A DNA stretch of 63,831 bases, filler included, from Octopus bimaculoides (lineage: Eukaryota), in NCBI RefSeq assembly GCF_001194135.2. It is 6 parts of 6 records of this genome, joined end to end, with 100 filler letters (N's around TTAATTAATTAA, not from the genome) between each part and the next. Parts side by side here need not be neighbours in the genome. Positions count along the whole stretch, not along the records: positions 1 to 11,343 come from NC_068988.1; positions 11,444 to 34,778 come from NC_068981.1; 4 more parts are not named here. One strand, 5' to 3'. Below the pieces are notes generated by a model. That model had not been told where the DNA came from and made no database searches. It was given only the letters and a program-made list of their open reading frames with translations. The translations under genes and the position numbers were made by a program. This document shows positions 1 through 11,825 of this stretch, one piece after another (the stretch's first letter is position 1; the number at the start of each line of letters is the position of its first letter).

Positions 1-56
1 TATATATATACATATACATACATACATACATACAGATAGACAGACAGACATCAGGG

Positions 57-380
57 TTTATACCTGTAATTATCGGAGCCCTGGGATATGTAACACACTG
101 CCTAAATACCAAATTTGAGAAATTAAGCTTCTCAAAACTAGAAAAGAGAAAGCTAATTCGAAGACTGCAGATCCAATCTACCACTGGAACTGTAAAAACC
201 TGTAAAACTTTCCAGAAGTTTACCATTTAAGTATATATTTGCATGTCTAGATATGCAACTATAGGCATGAAAATATATACATAAAGCAAAACATACAAAT
301 CTGCACATATACATACCTACATACATACATACATACATACATACACGCATACATACATACATACATACATACATACATAC
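57..380 (+). mobile_element. 3' end of RLE-type (R4/Dong/NeSL-like) non-LTR retrotransposon: ORF C-terminus, 3' UTR and (ACAT)n tail
   Basis: Manual translation of 57-230 gives FIPVIIGALGYVTHCLNTKFEKL...LIRRLQIQSTTGTVKTCKTFQKFTI*, which fits the IPVIIGALG...LQ...GT..I.K C-terminal pattern of RLE elements. It is followed by a short UTR and (ACAT)n. Confidence 0.8.
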
Positions 381-452
381 AAAAATGTTAGGACTTGTAC
401 CTATAGTAGAAAGGATTATTACCAATAACATTTTTATTATTGTATATGTTGG

Positions 453-658
453 TAAGGCGGTGAGCTAGCATAATCGTAACTGCGCCGGGCAAAATGCTAA
501 GTGGCAACTCGTCCGTCTTTAAGTCCTGAGTTCAAATTCCACCGAGGTCGACTTTGCCTTTCATCCTTCCTGGATCGATAAAAGTACTAGGGGCGATGTA
601 ATCGGCTAGCCTGCGTCCCAAACATTTCAGGTCTTGTGTCTATAAAAGAAAGAGTTAT
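453..658 (+). mobile_element. SINE family A (tRNA-like head plus GCCTTTCATCCTT..GTCGATAAA..AGTACC central domain), diverged
   Basis: Head ggcggtgagctagc, B-box-like gagttcaaattcc and a central domain shared with many copies in the window. Confidence 0.85.
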
Positions 659-670
659 TTTGTTTGTTGG

Positions 671-921
671 TAAAGCAGTGAGCTGATAGAAACTTTATTG
701 CGCCGGATAGAATACTTAGTGGCAATTTGTCCGTCTATACGTCCTGAGTTCAAATTCTGCCGAGGTTGACTTGTCCTTTCATCCTTTCGGAGTCGATAAA
801 ATAAGTACCAGTTGAACACTGGGGACGATAGAATAAGTACCACAGTGTTCAACTGGAGTCGATGTAGTCGACTTATCTCTCAACTGAAATTGCTGGTGTT
901 GTGCCAATATTTGAAACCATT
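671..921 (+). mobile_element. SINE family A, tandem to previous copy, with internal inverted duplication
   Basis: Same head, B-box and central domain. Inverted repeat at 808-821 and 843-856. Confidence 0.85.
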
Positions 922-1122
922 TTATTGTGTATTTTGGTATCGGTGCTGCTGATGAGGATGATGATGATTATGTGCTGCTGTTGTTGTTGTGGCTATTACC
1001 GATGGCGATGTTGATATGTTTATTTTATGGGAGAGGGGTGTCTAACAACAAATATTGTTCTTTATTACGCAAGACTAAGCAGCTAAATATGTGCTACAGA
1101 ATAGCTACAAAACATGACTGAT

Positions 1123-1163
<41 letters not shown>

Positions 1164-1295
1164 TCTGTCTGTCTGTGTATGTATGCATGTGCATGAGTAT
1201 GTATATATATATATATACGCATAACCACGTATTTACCGATATATGAGCCCAAACACACGCATATATGTGTGTACATGAACACGTGTGTATACGTG

Positions 1296-1380
<85 letters not shown>

Positions 1381-1744
1381 ATCTGTGTGAGTTGACTATG
1401 TGTATGTTGTTGTATACAACAATTCTGGTGAATTATCACCGGAACCATGAGAAATTAACTGTAATTTGCTTGAAAGCATATCGTCATTGATATCCTTGTT
1501 ACTATTTTGTAACGAGGATATAAATAATAAGGGCTTCGAGCAGGGGCGGGAGCAGAGACTGTGCGTGCATCGAGAGAAAACAGAATGATCATCTCTGGAA
1601 ATGCATGACATGTGATGTTGTTAATCACAGCTAAACTACATCTTTCACTGGACTTTGGCTTTGATTCCACGCAAAAAAAGGTTTTCTTCTAATTTTCCTT
1701 CATTGTGTAAGTTAATAGGAACGTATGCCCCACCTCCTCCTCCT

Positions 1745-1763
1745 CATCATCAACATCATCATC

Positions 1764-1809
<46 letters not shown>

Positions 1810-1830
1810 ACATCCATTCATCATATCACC
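1745..1830. repeat. (CAT)n microsatellite
   Basis: Direct reading. It produces the spurious poly-His ORF. Confidence 0.95.
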
Positions 1831-1904
1831 ATCATCGGTATTTTCGTTGTCGTCGCTATCGTCCTCGTATTCACGTGAGCATCGCCATTATATTCACTGC
1901 TTCC

Positions 1905-2117
1905 AAAGCGGCGAGCTGGCAGAATCGTTAGGACGCCGGTCAAAATGCTTAACGGCATTTCGTCCGTCTTTAGGTTTTGAGTTCAAATTCTGCCGTGGTC
2001 GAGTTTGCCTTTCATCCTTTCGGGATCGATAAAATAAGTACCACTGAGGTCGAGGTAATTGACTCGCCCCCACCCCTCAAAATTACAGGCTTTTGCGCCT
2101 ATGTTTCAAAGTATTAT
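1905..2117 (+). mobile_element. SINE family A
   Basis: ggcgagctggcagaatcgttag head, gagttcaaattc B-box, gcctttcatcctttcgg domain. Confidence 0.9.
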
Positions 2118-2159
2118 ATTCAGTTTCCATAGTAGTAGTAGTAGTAGTAGTAGCTACAC

Positions 2160-2429
2160 ACACATCTGTAATGTTTTTCTCAGTTGTACTGTTTGCAGGA
2201 CTCCCAGAACGTTCGTCATTATTGATATTTTTTCAGTCATCTTGAAAACGTCTGGACCACTCGTAAGCTTGTGTGTGACTAATTACATTCCTCTCAATAT
2301 GCTTTCCGCAAATTTTCGTAGGCCTCTGAGCAGGTATCTCCATGATACCTTTGCCAAGCGGCTTCACTCTGCGTGCTTAAGTTTCGTTACAATGGCCACA
2401 GTCCGGATGCTTATTGATCACACCTCGTA
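2160..2429 (-). mobile_element. Mariner remnant: left TIR and degenerate transposase N-terminus
   Basis: Minus strand starts TA-CGAGGTGTGATCAATAAG (TIR-like). It encodes GDTCSEAYENLRKAY and, after a frameshift, SHTQAYEWSRRFQDD*KNINNDERSGSPANSTTEKNITDV, matching the mariner HTH and DDERSGRP linker region. Confidence 0.85.
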
Positions 2430-2594
2430 CATACATTCATACATACAAACATACATGTATGTATGTATGTATGTATGTATGTATGTATGTATGTATGTAT
2501 GTATGTATGTAGGTAGGTAGGTAGGTAGGTAGGAAGGTAGGTTGGTAGGTAGGTATGTACGTCTGTCTGTCTGTCTTTTTCTTTCTCTCTCTCG

Positions 2595-2651
<57 letters not shown>

Positions 2652-3469
2652 NNNNNNNNNNNNNNNNNNNNNNNNNNNNNNNNNNNNNNNNNNNNNNNNN
2701 NNNNNNNNNNNNNNNNNNNNNNNNNNNNNNNNNNNNNNNNNNNNNNNNNNNNNNNNNNNNNNNNNNNNNNNNNNNNNNNNNNNNNNNNNNNNNNNNNNNN
2801 NNNNNNNNNNNNNNNNNNNNNNNNNNNNNNNNNNNNNNNNNNNNNNNNNNNNNNNNNNNNNNNNNNNNNNNNNNNNNNNNNNNNNNNNNNNNNNNNNNNN
2901 NNNNNNNNNNNNNNNNNNNNNNNNNNNNNNNNNNNNNNNNNNNNNNNNNNNNNNNNNNNNNNNNNNNNNNNNNNNNNNNNNNNNNNNNNNNNNNNNNNNN
3001 NNNNNNNNNNNNNNNNNNNNNNNNNNNNNNNNNNNNNNNNNNNNNNNNNNNNNNNNNNNNNNNNNNNNNNNNNNNNNNNNNNNNNNNNNNNNNNNNNNNN
3101 NNNNNNNNNNNNNNNNNNNNNNNNNNNNNNNNNNNNNNNNNNNNNNNNNNNNNNNNNNNNNNNNNNNNNNNNNNNNNNNNNNNNNNNNNNNNNNNNNNNN
3201 NNNNNNNNNNNNNNNNNNNNNNNNNNNNNNNNNNNNNNNNNNNNNNNNNNNNNNNNNNNNNNNNNNNNNNNNNNNNNNNNNNNNNNNNNNNNNNNNNNNN
3301 NNACATACATATATGTATATGTATGTGTGTATATATACATTTGCAGGTGAGATTATCTATACTTAAATTTTGTTGTATCAGCACTCTTCAGGATACGATC
3401 ATTATATTTAAGAGTGGAAAAATAGTGTGTGTATATATATTGACAAATAGTCATACACACACACACACA

Positions 3470-3501
<32 letters not shown>

Positions 3502-3562
3502 TACACACACATAAACGTGCATACATAGCACGCATACACACGTAGGCACATGCACGTGCTTG

Positions 3563-3596
<34 letters not shown>

Positions 3597-3647
3597 TACA
3601 AACATAAACGTACACAAACGCGCATATACACACCATACATCTTTATC

Positions 3648-3878
3648 TTTCTTTTGTCTTTTACTTGTTTCAGTCGTTAGATTGTGGCCATACTAGGGCA
3701 CCATCTGAATTTTAGTCGAACGAATCGACCCAGTACATTTTTTTTTTTTTAGCTTTGATACTTTTTCTATCGAAACGCTAAATTTCCGAGACGCTAAGTT
3801 ATGAGGACGCAAACACACCCACACCGGCTATCAAACCTCAGTGGTGGGAGCCAAACATAGACACAAAGATACACACAT
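3648..3878 (-). mobile_element. SINE family B, 3' half
   Basis: Reverse complement of the family B tail (gtcgatt..cgactaaa..atggcc.cagtc..tgactgaaacaagtaaaaga). Confidence 0.8.
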
Positions 3879-4976
3879 ATGTGTATGTATGTATGTATGT
3901 ATGTATGCATTCACGTATGGATGAATGTATATGCATGTGTATGTGTGTGTATATGATATACATATATATATATANNNNNNNNNNNNNNNNNNNNNNNNNN
4001 NNNNNNNNNNNNNNNNNNNNNNNNNNNNNNNNNNNNNNNNNNNNNNNNNNNNNNNNNNNNNNNNNNNNNNNNNNNNNNNNNNNNNNNNNNNNNNNNNNNN
4101 NNNNNNNNNNNNNNNNNNNNNNNNNNNNNNNNNNNNNNNNNNNNNNNNNNNNNNNNNNNNNNNNNNNNNNNNNNNNNNNNNNNNNNNNNNNNNNNNNNNN
4201 NNNNNNNNNNNNNNNNNNNNNNNNNNNNNNNNNNNNNNNNNNNNNNNNNNNNNNNNNNNNNNNNNNNNNNNNNNNNNNNNNNNNNNNNNNNNNNNNNNNN
4301 NNNNNNNNNNNNNNNNNNNNNNNNNNNNNNNNNNNNNNNNNNNNNNNNNNNNNNNNNNNNNNNNNNNNNNNNNNNNNNNNNNNNNNNNNNNNNNNNNNNN
4401 NNNNNNNNNNNNNNNNNNNNNNNNNNNNNNNNNNNNNNNNNNNNNNNNNNNNNNNNNNNNNNNNNNNNNNNNNNNNNNNNNNNNNNNNNNNNNNNNNNNN
4501 NNNNNNNNNNNNNNNNNNNNNNNNNNNNNNNNNNNNNNNNNNNNNNNNNNNNNNNNNNNNNNNNNNNNNNNNNNNNNNNNNNNNNNNNNNNNNNNNNNNN
4601 NNNNNNNNNNNNNNNNNNNNNNNNNNNNNNNNNNNNNNNNNNNNNNNNNNNNNNNNNNNNNNNNNNNNNNNNNNNNNNNNNNNNNNNNNNNNNNNNNNNN
4701 NNNNNNNNNNNNNNNNNNNNNNNNNNNNNNNNNNNNNNNNNNNNNNNNNNNNNNNNNNNNNNNNNNNNNNNNNNNNNNNNNNNNNNNNNNNNNNNNNNNN
4801 NNNNNNNNNNNNNNNNNNNNNNNNNNNNNNNNNNNNNNNNNNNNNNNNNNNNNNNNNNNNNNNNNNNNNNNNNNNNNNNNNNNNNNNNNNNNNNNNNNNN
4901 NNNNNNNNNNNNNNNNNNNNNNNNNNNNNNNNNNNNNNNNNNNNNNNNNNNNNNNNNTATATATATATATATATGA

Positions 4977-5484
4977 ATGTGTGGTTTAGGAGGTTTGCAA
5001 CCACATGGTATCAGATTCAGTGACCTTGGACAAGTGTCGTATACTATTCCCCATTAATGCCTCGTGATAGAATTTCGTAGACGGAAACTATATGAAAAAC
5101 TTTCATGTATATATGTTCTGAGTTCAGTCCCACTGCGTGGCACCTTGGGAAAGTGTCTTCAACTCGGGCCGACCGAAGCCTTGTGAGTGGATTTCGTTGA
5201 CGGAAACTGAAAGAAGTGCGTTGTATGTATGTGTGTGTGTGTATGTGTGTCTATATATTTATATATGTGTATGTTTCTGTCTATGTTTTTACCCTCACCG
5301 TCACTTGACAACCGATGTTGGTATGTTTGCGTCCCCTTAACCTAGCGGTTGGGCCAAAGAGACCGACAGAATAAGTACTAGGCTTACAAAGAATAAACCC
5401 TGAGGTCGATTTCTTTTACTAAAAGATCCTTGAAGGTGATGCTCCAGTATGGCCGCAGTCAAATGACTGAAACAAGTAAAAGAG
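4977..5484 (+). mobile_element. SINE family B (tRNA head, CORE-like caccttgggcaagtgtcttc, internal microsatellite, conserved tail) with duplicated head region
   Basis: ttcagtcccactgcgtggcaccttggg...gacggaaactgaaagaag, then the tail ending gaaacaagtaaaagag. A degenerate extra head lies at about 4980-5100. Confidence 0.9.
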
Positions 5485-5724
5485 GAATATAGTATGATAA
5501 AATCTATTTAACCACTGGAAACTTTTATATCACAATTGTTTCGCAACATAAAACATGCAAAAATAATTTATTTCATTATATTTTATAATAAGTAAATTAC
5601 TTAATTGTCTGTATTAATATAAACCATCTTTAAATTAATGCAGATATTAAGCTAGCTCATCGAATGAGAAAAAATCAATGTTAAACAATAATCTCTCGGA
5701 ATAATGTTTCAAGAACGCAAATTC

Positions 5725-6390
5725 AATATTTAAAAATAGAACCTTAAAAATTATAGAAGGCAGTAATTATAAAAATTAATAGAAAATAATAAAACAGTTT
5801 TCTAAAGAAGGGAAAAGAACTTTAGTAAGATAATTGAAAAGTAACTAGTAAATAACATAGGTATAAGAAAAGGCAAGTTATGTATTTATCACTAATAATC
5901 TAGAAAATAAAAGATTCTAAAGATAGCGAAAAAATATATACAATGTGAAACTAAATACATGATTTTAGAGACAATGCTTACGAAATATAGGGACTGATAT
6001 CAACAAGATAAATATGAACAATATTAAATTCAAAATTAAAAGTTTGAAGATATAGGTAAATATTTAAAGGAAAGAACCTCAAAAAGTGTGGAAGACTATA
6101 AGAATAAAATTAATAGAAATTAAGATGGTTTTCTAAGAAGAGAAGGGAAATATAGTAAGATATTAAAAAGTAAATAGTAAATAGTTTTAGTATAAGAAAT
6201 GTAAAATCATATATTTATTGTTAATGATATAGAAAATAAAAGATCGTAGAGAAAGAGAAAAAATAGTAACAAAAATAACTAAATATAACTTCATAGAGAC
6301 AAAATTTATGAAATATAGGAGTTGATATCAACAAGAGAAATATGAACAACATTAAATTAAAGATTAGAGGTTCAAGTATATAAATAAACA
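5725..6390. repeat. Diverged tandem duplication, unit about 330 bp
   Basis: Collinear matches offset by about 328-334 bp, for example gatatcaacaaga at 5996 and 6324 and aatatttaaa at 5725 and 6059. Confidence 0.8.
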
Positions 6391-6754
6391 GATAATTGGT
6401 TGTAATGAAGGATAAGAGTAATATAATTTAGTATTGTAGATGGGGATGGATTAAGATATGTAAGGTAAATATAGGAAAAGAACAATATTGATATGCATTC
6501 GTTGAAATATTGTTTGAAAATATACAATTATTGTTGTAGTACAGATAGATTCACTAAAAATATTTTCATGCATAAATTTCCTATAAATATTGTTAGTATA
6601 TAAGACGGCTTTCTAGGAAGAGAAGGAAAATTTAATAAGATCTCTTGTACCGTATTACATATTCTATATTTTGTAGAATGACACACTAAGGAGCTTTTTT
6701 TCATGAGTACCATCGGATTAGTTGGATCCCAATATTGTGAATTAAATTTATATA

Positions 6755-7118
6755 GCGTGGGTATGTCGTAAAGAAGCTTGATTCCCAACCGCATGGTTCC
6801 GGGTTCAGTCCCACTGCGTGGTATCTTGGGCAAGTGTCTTCTAGTATAGCCTCGGGCAACCAAACCCTTATGAGTGGATTTTGTAGACGGAAACTGAAAG
6901 AAGCACGTTGAATATATGTATATCTTAGTGTGTTTGTGTCTGTGTTTGTCCCCACACCATCGCTTGACAACCGATGTTGGATGTTTTATGTCCCCGTAGC
7001 ATAGTGGTTCTGCAAAAGGGAACCGATAGGATAAGTACTATGCTTATAAAGAATAAGTCCTGGAGTCGGTTTGTTCGACTAAAACCCCTTAAGGTTGTGC
7101 TCCAGCATGACCACAGTC
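6755..7118 (+). mobile_element. SINE family B
   Basis: ccgcatggttccgggttcagtcccactgcgtgg, ttgggcaagtgtcttc, tail ...gctccagcatgaccacagtc. Confidence 0.9.
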
Positions 7119-7370
7119 TTTATATAGTCTTCCTATAATGCTATATCCTCTAACGTTTTTTTGAAACAAACTTATTAGCGTTCAGTTAATCGCTATACAT
7201 ATCCATCATTTTCTGTTAAAATGTCTTATTGACGAGTTTCATTTCTTCATTTCCCTGAAGAGAAGATTACATCGTTTTACACCATTATATTCCTTTGGAA
7301 TAATACCAATGATATCTTCGAAACATGTATCGGAAGTAAAAGAATTTGAATAACACCTGCGTTTAACTCC

Positions 7371-7412
<42 letters not shown>

Positions 7413-7579
7413 NNNNNNNNNNNNNNNNNNNNNNNNNNNNNNNNNNNNNNNNNNNNNNNNNNNNNNNNNNNNNNNNNNNNNNNNNNNNNNNNNNNNNNNN
7501 NNNNNNNNNNNNNNNNNNNNNNTATATAAAGACGTAAACAAAGAAAATAAAGAAAATAAAGGGAAAGGGGAAAGAAAAT

Positions 7580-7665
7580 TCACGACGAAAATTTTCTTCT
7601 CAATACTTGTGACGTACCAGTTAAAACAATCTTTTGCATTTCCTGTATGGATGGTAAACCAGGGA

Positions 7666-7669
<4 letters not shown>
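7580..7669 (-). mobile_element. R4/Dong-type RLE retrotransposon, extreme ORF C-terminus, 5'-truncated at (TAA)n
   Basis: IPGLPSIQEMQKIVLTGTSQVLRRKFSS* directly follows a (TAA)n tract on the minus strand. Confidence 0.75.
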
Positions 7670-7720
<51 letters not shown>

Positions 7721-8703
7721 TATATTATTATTATTATTATTATTACTATTGTAATTGTCATTATTATTAGAGAAAGGGCAATGGATTGACAGAATCATTA
7801 ACCCGTCACACAATATGCCTTGTAGTGTTATACTATAATTTTGTTGTTCGTTTATCTCGAAATTAGGGGCAAGAAGTTAATTATGTAGAATAAACATACT
7901 CGGCGCCAGAACATCTAAGCACCAAAACATCTAGTGCCAAATGAAATTCAGCATCGAATCAGAGACGTTGGAAGAATGATGCCAAACGGGCTGCAGTAAA
8001 CCATGGCTAACGTAGTTTAAAAATTATTATTTTTCAGTACCAGCACCGAAAAGCATTTTGTACCAAACCGAATTCAGCATCGTATCGTATCTGCGATTCC
8101 AAAAGTTTAATTTCAAAGGAGCTGTGCTAAAACGTCCCAGACCCAATAAAACTGCGAGTTAAAATACCTCTTCGATTCAGCTCAGAGCTCACATTTATTG
8201 GCGGTGACTTCCGGTCATAATCAATGGCTTGGATAGGCATAGTCTCTTTTAGGCTGACCTATCTTTGACCCACTTTATCAAACTAAACTTCAGTGATAAA
8301 CCCCTTACTGCTTAAAAGTCGCAGAATGTACTTTTTTACTTTTACATTTTCATTCATATTTCTACAAATTTCTGCTTTCTTGGAAGCAAAATGTGTCGCT
8401 ATGTAATATGTGCATGTACGCGTACATGCGTGTCTGTTTATTATCAATTTGCAAGTATATTTGTTTATATAAATACTTACATACGTTTATACGTGATACT
8501 ATCAATGGTTATTTCGATGATATCGTCTTCTCCTACCCATATCCTCTATCATTTAACAGTAAGTGGCCCAACAGAAGCATTATACATATATACAGACTCA
8601 TACAACATAAACAAGTATATGTATGCATGTATGTATGCATGCATGTATGTATGTATGTATAGAGAGAAAGATAGATAGATAGATAGATAGATGGATGGAT
8701 AAC

Positions 8704-8749
<46 letters not shown>

Positions 8750-9570
8750 TACATATATGTGCGTGTGTGCGTTTCTACTTATATGTGTGTAAGTGTACGT
8801 GTACGTATGTGTGTGTGTGTGAGTGTCTGCGTGTGTGTATGTTTGTTTCTATTTGTGTGAGTGTTGATAGAGGGAAAGAGAAAGAAAATTACATAGATAC
8901 ACACATTGTGATGTAGAAACAATCACACAGGCCTGTAAATTCATATATCTATAAACATTCATACACAAATATTTACATATATGCATGCACACAATCACAT
9001 TTATATGTGTATGTTAAACAGATAAAGGTCAAGTTAGCTCCTTCTTTCAAAGTGATTTAACTGGATGACGGTGAAGACGAATATGACTAGTACCATGAGC
9101 ATAAGTATCTTATTGACCCCTGAAAGGATACAAAATGATATAGTTGAACACAGCAGGATTGGACCTCAGAACATAAATGACCGTAATTAAATACCATAAG
9201 ATACTTGTATCCCCCCATACTCTAACAACAACGATAATCCAGTGCCCTCCAGGGACTGGAAATATTAATCACGGAAGCTTGTTTTGAGCATCACTTTTTA
9301 AAATCTGACTGCTTTAAAGTGTGAAGAAAAGGAATATGATGAAAGCAGTAAATATAAAACTGTTGCGCGTGATTCTACCAAGAATCTAACAAACTAGGGT
9401 GAAAACCTCCATCTGATTGCGTGACCTTCCAAGAAATAGCAACCAAATTGCCCGCATATTACACTGTACAATTTAAAAATATGGAAGGACGCATTAGATA
9501 ATGCAGGCCAAGATGTACGTGTTTCGGACAAATTCTCTTTAATGATAGATCTGTGGATTTAGAAACATAC

Positions 9571-9795
9571 AAGGCGAGCTGGAATAATCGTTAGTACACT
9601 GGGCAAAATGCTTAACGGCATTTCGTCCGTCTTTACATTCTGAGTTCAAATTCTGCCGAGGTCGACTTTGCCTTTCATCCTTTCGAGGTCGATAAAATAA
9701 ATACCAGCTGAACACTGGTGTCGATGTAATCGACTTAACCACCTGCCCCCCCCCCCCCAAATTGCTAGACTTGTGCCAAAATTTAAAACCAGTAT
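9571..9795 (+). mobile_element. SINE family A
   Basis: ggcgagctgg head, gagttcaaattctgccgaggtcgactttgcctttcatcc. Confidence 0.9.
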
Positions 9796-10342
9796 ATAAC
9801 ATTATATTTGCAGTGAGATTTATCATCAAAGTCCGATGCCTACCACCTGAAAACCTGGAAGGTGTCATTGCTGACACGTGTGTCAGAAGTTTGTCTTCAC
9901 TTGCATAGTCGATTAAATGGGCCCACCGGAGCGATGACTCGGCCTTGGCGATGTTTGAACTCAGAAAAGTAAAAATGACCAGAAAAATACGCAAGTCATG
10001 TTAGTGAGCAGCCGACATTTTCTACCGCTCTAGCCATCCTTTGTGTACATAAATAATAACATTTATAAAAGAAAAAATATAGTGGGTGACAGAAGAAATA
10101 AGAATGGAGTAGAGGGGGGTAGTATTTTTCAGCGTTGATTGGCGTCTAATAGGATTGTGTTGTCGCTATGTATAGTAACTTCGTGTCATAGATATCATCA
10201 CTGCTAATTGCTTATGTATATATAGAAGAGTGAGGAGCCTCTTTATACAAAGTGTTAGTAACAGAAACCTCAGTACGGTTTCTCTCGTAAGCTTTTAAAA
10301 TAACGGAGTGATATTCACACTCTATTTTCTGTCTTTCCCATC

Positions 10343-10373
<31 letters not shown>

Positions 10374-10932
10374 CCTCTCTCTCACTCTCTCTCTCTCATT
10401 CAATAAGACATTCACCTATCATTTTACTCCTATTTTACTGCATTTTGCTATTGGCGTCATCTTTTTTGTGATTGTTTTGTTCCTGTACTATTATTGTCCT
10501 TTATCCACAGTCACTTTGGTCACCACTTTAATGTATTCATTTCTGTTTGCTTTATTCCTTTTTCTTTGGGTGGGGGTGGTATTCTTCGCTTATATGTATA
10601 GGTATGTGTGTTTGTATGTAAAACGCTGCACGGAAAGACGAAAAAGGAACAAGGAAGAGATGGGTGAAAAAAACACAAAGGACATGGACACACTCATCCC
10701 TATATCGACCAAAAATCATCACAGTTTCAACGTCTTATGTATATACATACATACCTACAAATATATACATATATATTCACACACACACATACACATATAT
10801 ATGTACATATACGATTGAAGTTTCCGTAAGAAGCCTGCGAAAGTGGCATAGAGCCGAATCAAACTGTTTTAAGTTATAATATATATACTTATATAGATGT
10901 ATATATACATGTGTATGTGTGTGTGTGTGCGC

Positions 10933-10975
<43 letters not shown>

Positions 10976-10978
<3 letters not shown>

Positions 10979-11130
10979 TTCAAATTTACAGAAACCAAAG
11001 ACAAATACAGGTGAAAGTAAAACAAGCGTGTGTGTTAGTTAAACGCTCGGGAGAAATTGGAAAAGTATTTCACGTTTTGAGCCTACGCACTTCGACAGAA
11101 AAGATTCAGAGAGAAAACAACAGAGAGAGA
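10976..11130 (-). mobile_element. Penelope-like short repeat with degenerate hammerhead-like motif (family HH2)
   Basis: Minus strand tctttt-CTGTCGA-A-gtgc-gtag-gctc-AAAAC-GTG-aaata followed by cccgagcgtt..actaa..cacctgt, homologous to 39116-39240 and 47199-47312. Confidence 0.65.
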
Positions 11131-11443
11131 ACGAAAAAAAAAAGCAGAGAGAGAAAAAATGTGTAAGGATTAACGGTTCAACATAATGAAAAACATGTAT
11201 GTGTGTGTGTACATATATTTCTTTCCTTTCCCGATCGTCTAGTAACACAATCTGTATCACGTCCTCACGTTGTTGTTTTTTGTTGTTGTTTTTTTTGTCT
11301 ATTTCCTTTCTTGAACTCATATATATATATATATATATATATANNNNNNNNNNNNNNNNNNNNNNNNNNNNNNNNNNNNNNNNNNNNTTAATTAATTAAN
11401 NNNNNNNNNNNNNNNNNNNNNNNNNNNNNNNNNNNNNNNNNNN

Positions 11444-11727
11444 AAACCCCAAAATGGCTGAAGTTCAAAAGATAGTGCTCATGGGAACTGCCCATATCCT
11501 ACGTAAAATACTGTCTATGTGATCTCAAATTTTAAAGCAAACATAATTTTTTTATGGCTTCTTAAACATTCACTTGAACAAAACTGTACAAATCCAAATA
11601 TATGGTACCCTAGGCTTAACACCTACATGAACTTCTAACTTGTTGTCTCTTGAGGTCTCTGGGTGAGACTTGGATCCAACTTGTACAAATGCAAAACAAA
11701 AGTCAAACATAAAATAATAATAATAAT
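11444..11727 (+). mobile_element. R4/Dong-type RLE retrotransposon 3' end with 3' UTR and (AAT)n
   Basis: NPKMAEVQKIVLMGTAHILRKILSM* (stop at 11520-11522). The UTR end ggatccaacttgtacaaatgcaaaacaaaagtcaaacataaaataat matches the minus-strand end at 54928-54975. Confidence 0.85.
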
Positions 11728-11778
11728 AACATCGAAAATTACCTTAGGAATGTGATCCCAGGTTCGAAATTTTCCCAA

Positions 11779-11825
11779 GACACCTGATGAAAGCTTTGAG
11801 GGTATATCAGCCGAAACGCTGTGTT
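11779..11825 (+). ncRNA. Minimal type I hammerhead ribozyme motif, probably inactivated (family HH1)
   Basis: GACAC-CTGATGA-...CAGCC-GAAAC-GCT-GTGTT. The conserved U before the cleavage site is C and stem II is damaged. It lies in a tail (11728-11871) homologous to 23691-23830. Confidence 0.65.

Noticed and set aside
1655-2032. 125-aa poly-His/Pro ORF
   Set aside because: It is a translation of a (CAT)n microsatellite running into a SINE.
2411-5023. Long ORFs of 270-390 aa here and at 17178-18410, 29573-30876, 37757-38446, 46694-47446, 52385-53081 and 59658-60311
   Set aside because: They are open only because they cross N gaps and dinucleotide repeats.
5640-6720. Possible mitochondrial insertion (NUMT) given AT richness and strand skew
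   Set aside because: No recognisable mitochondrial protein, rRNA or tRNA sequence in either strand by eye.
9539-9994. 151-aa minus-strand ORF and similar WYLFYRPRKDERQSRPR peptides elsewhere
   Set aside because: These are antisense translations of SINE family A and recur wherever the SINE does.
11388-11399. TTAATTAATTAA recurring at 11388, 34823, 39946, 54212 and 62693
   Set aside because: It always sits centred in a 100-bp N block and encodes stops in all six frames, so it is an assembly linker and not biology.
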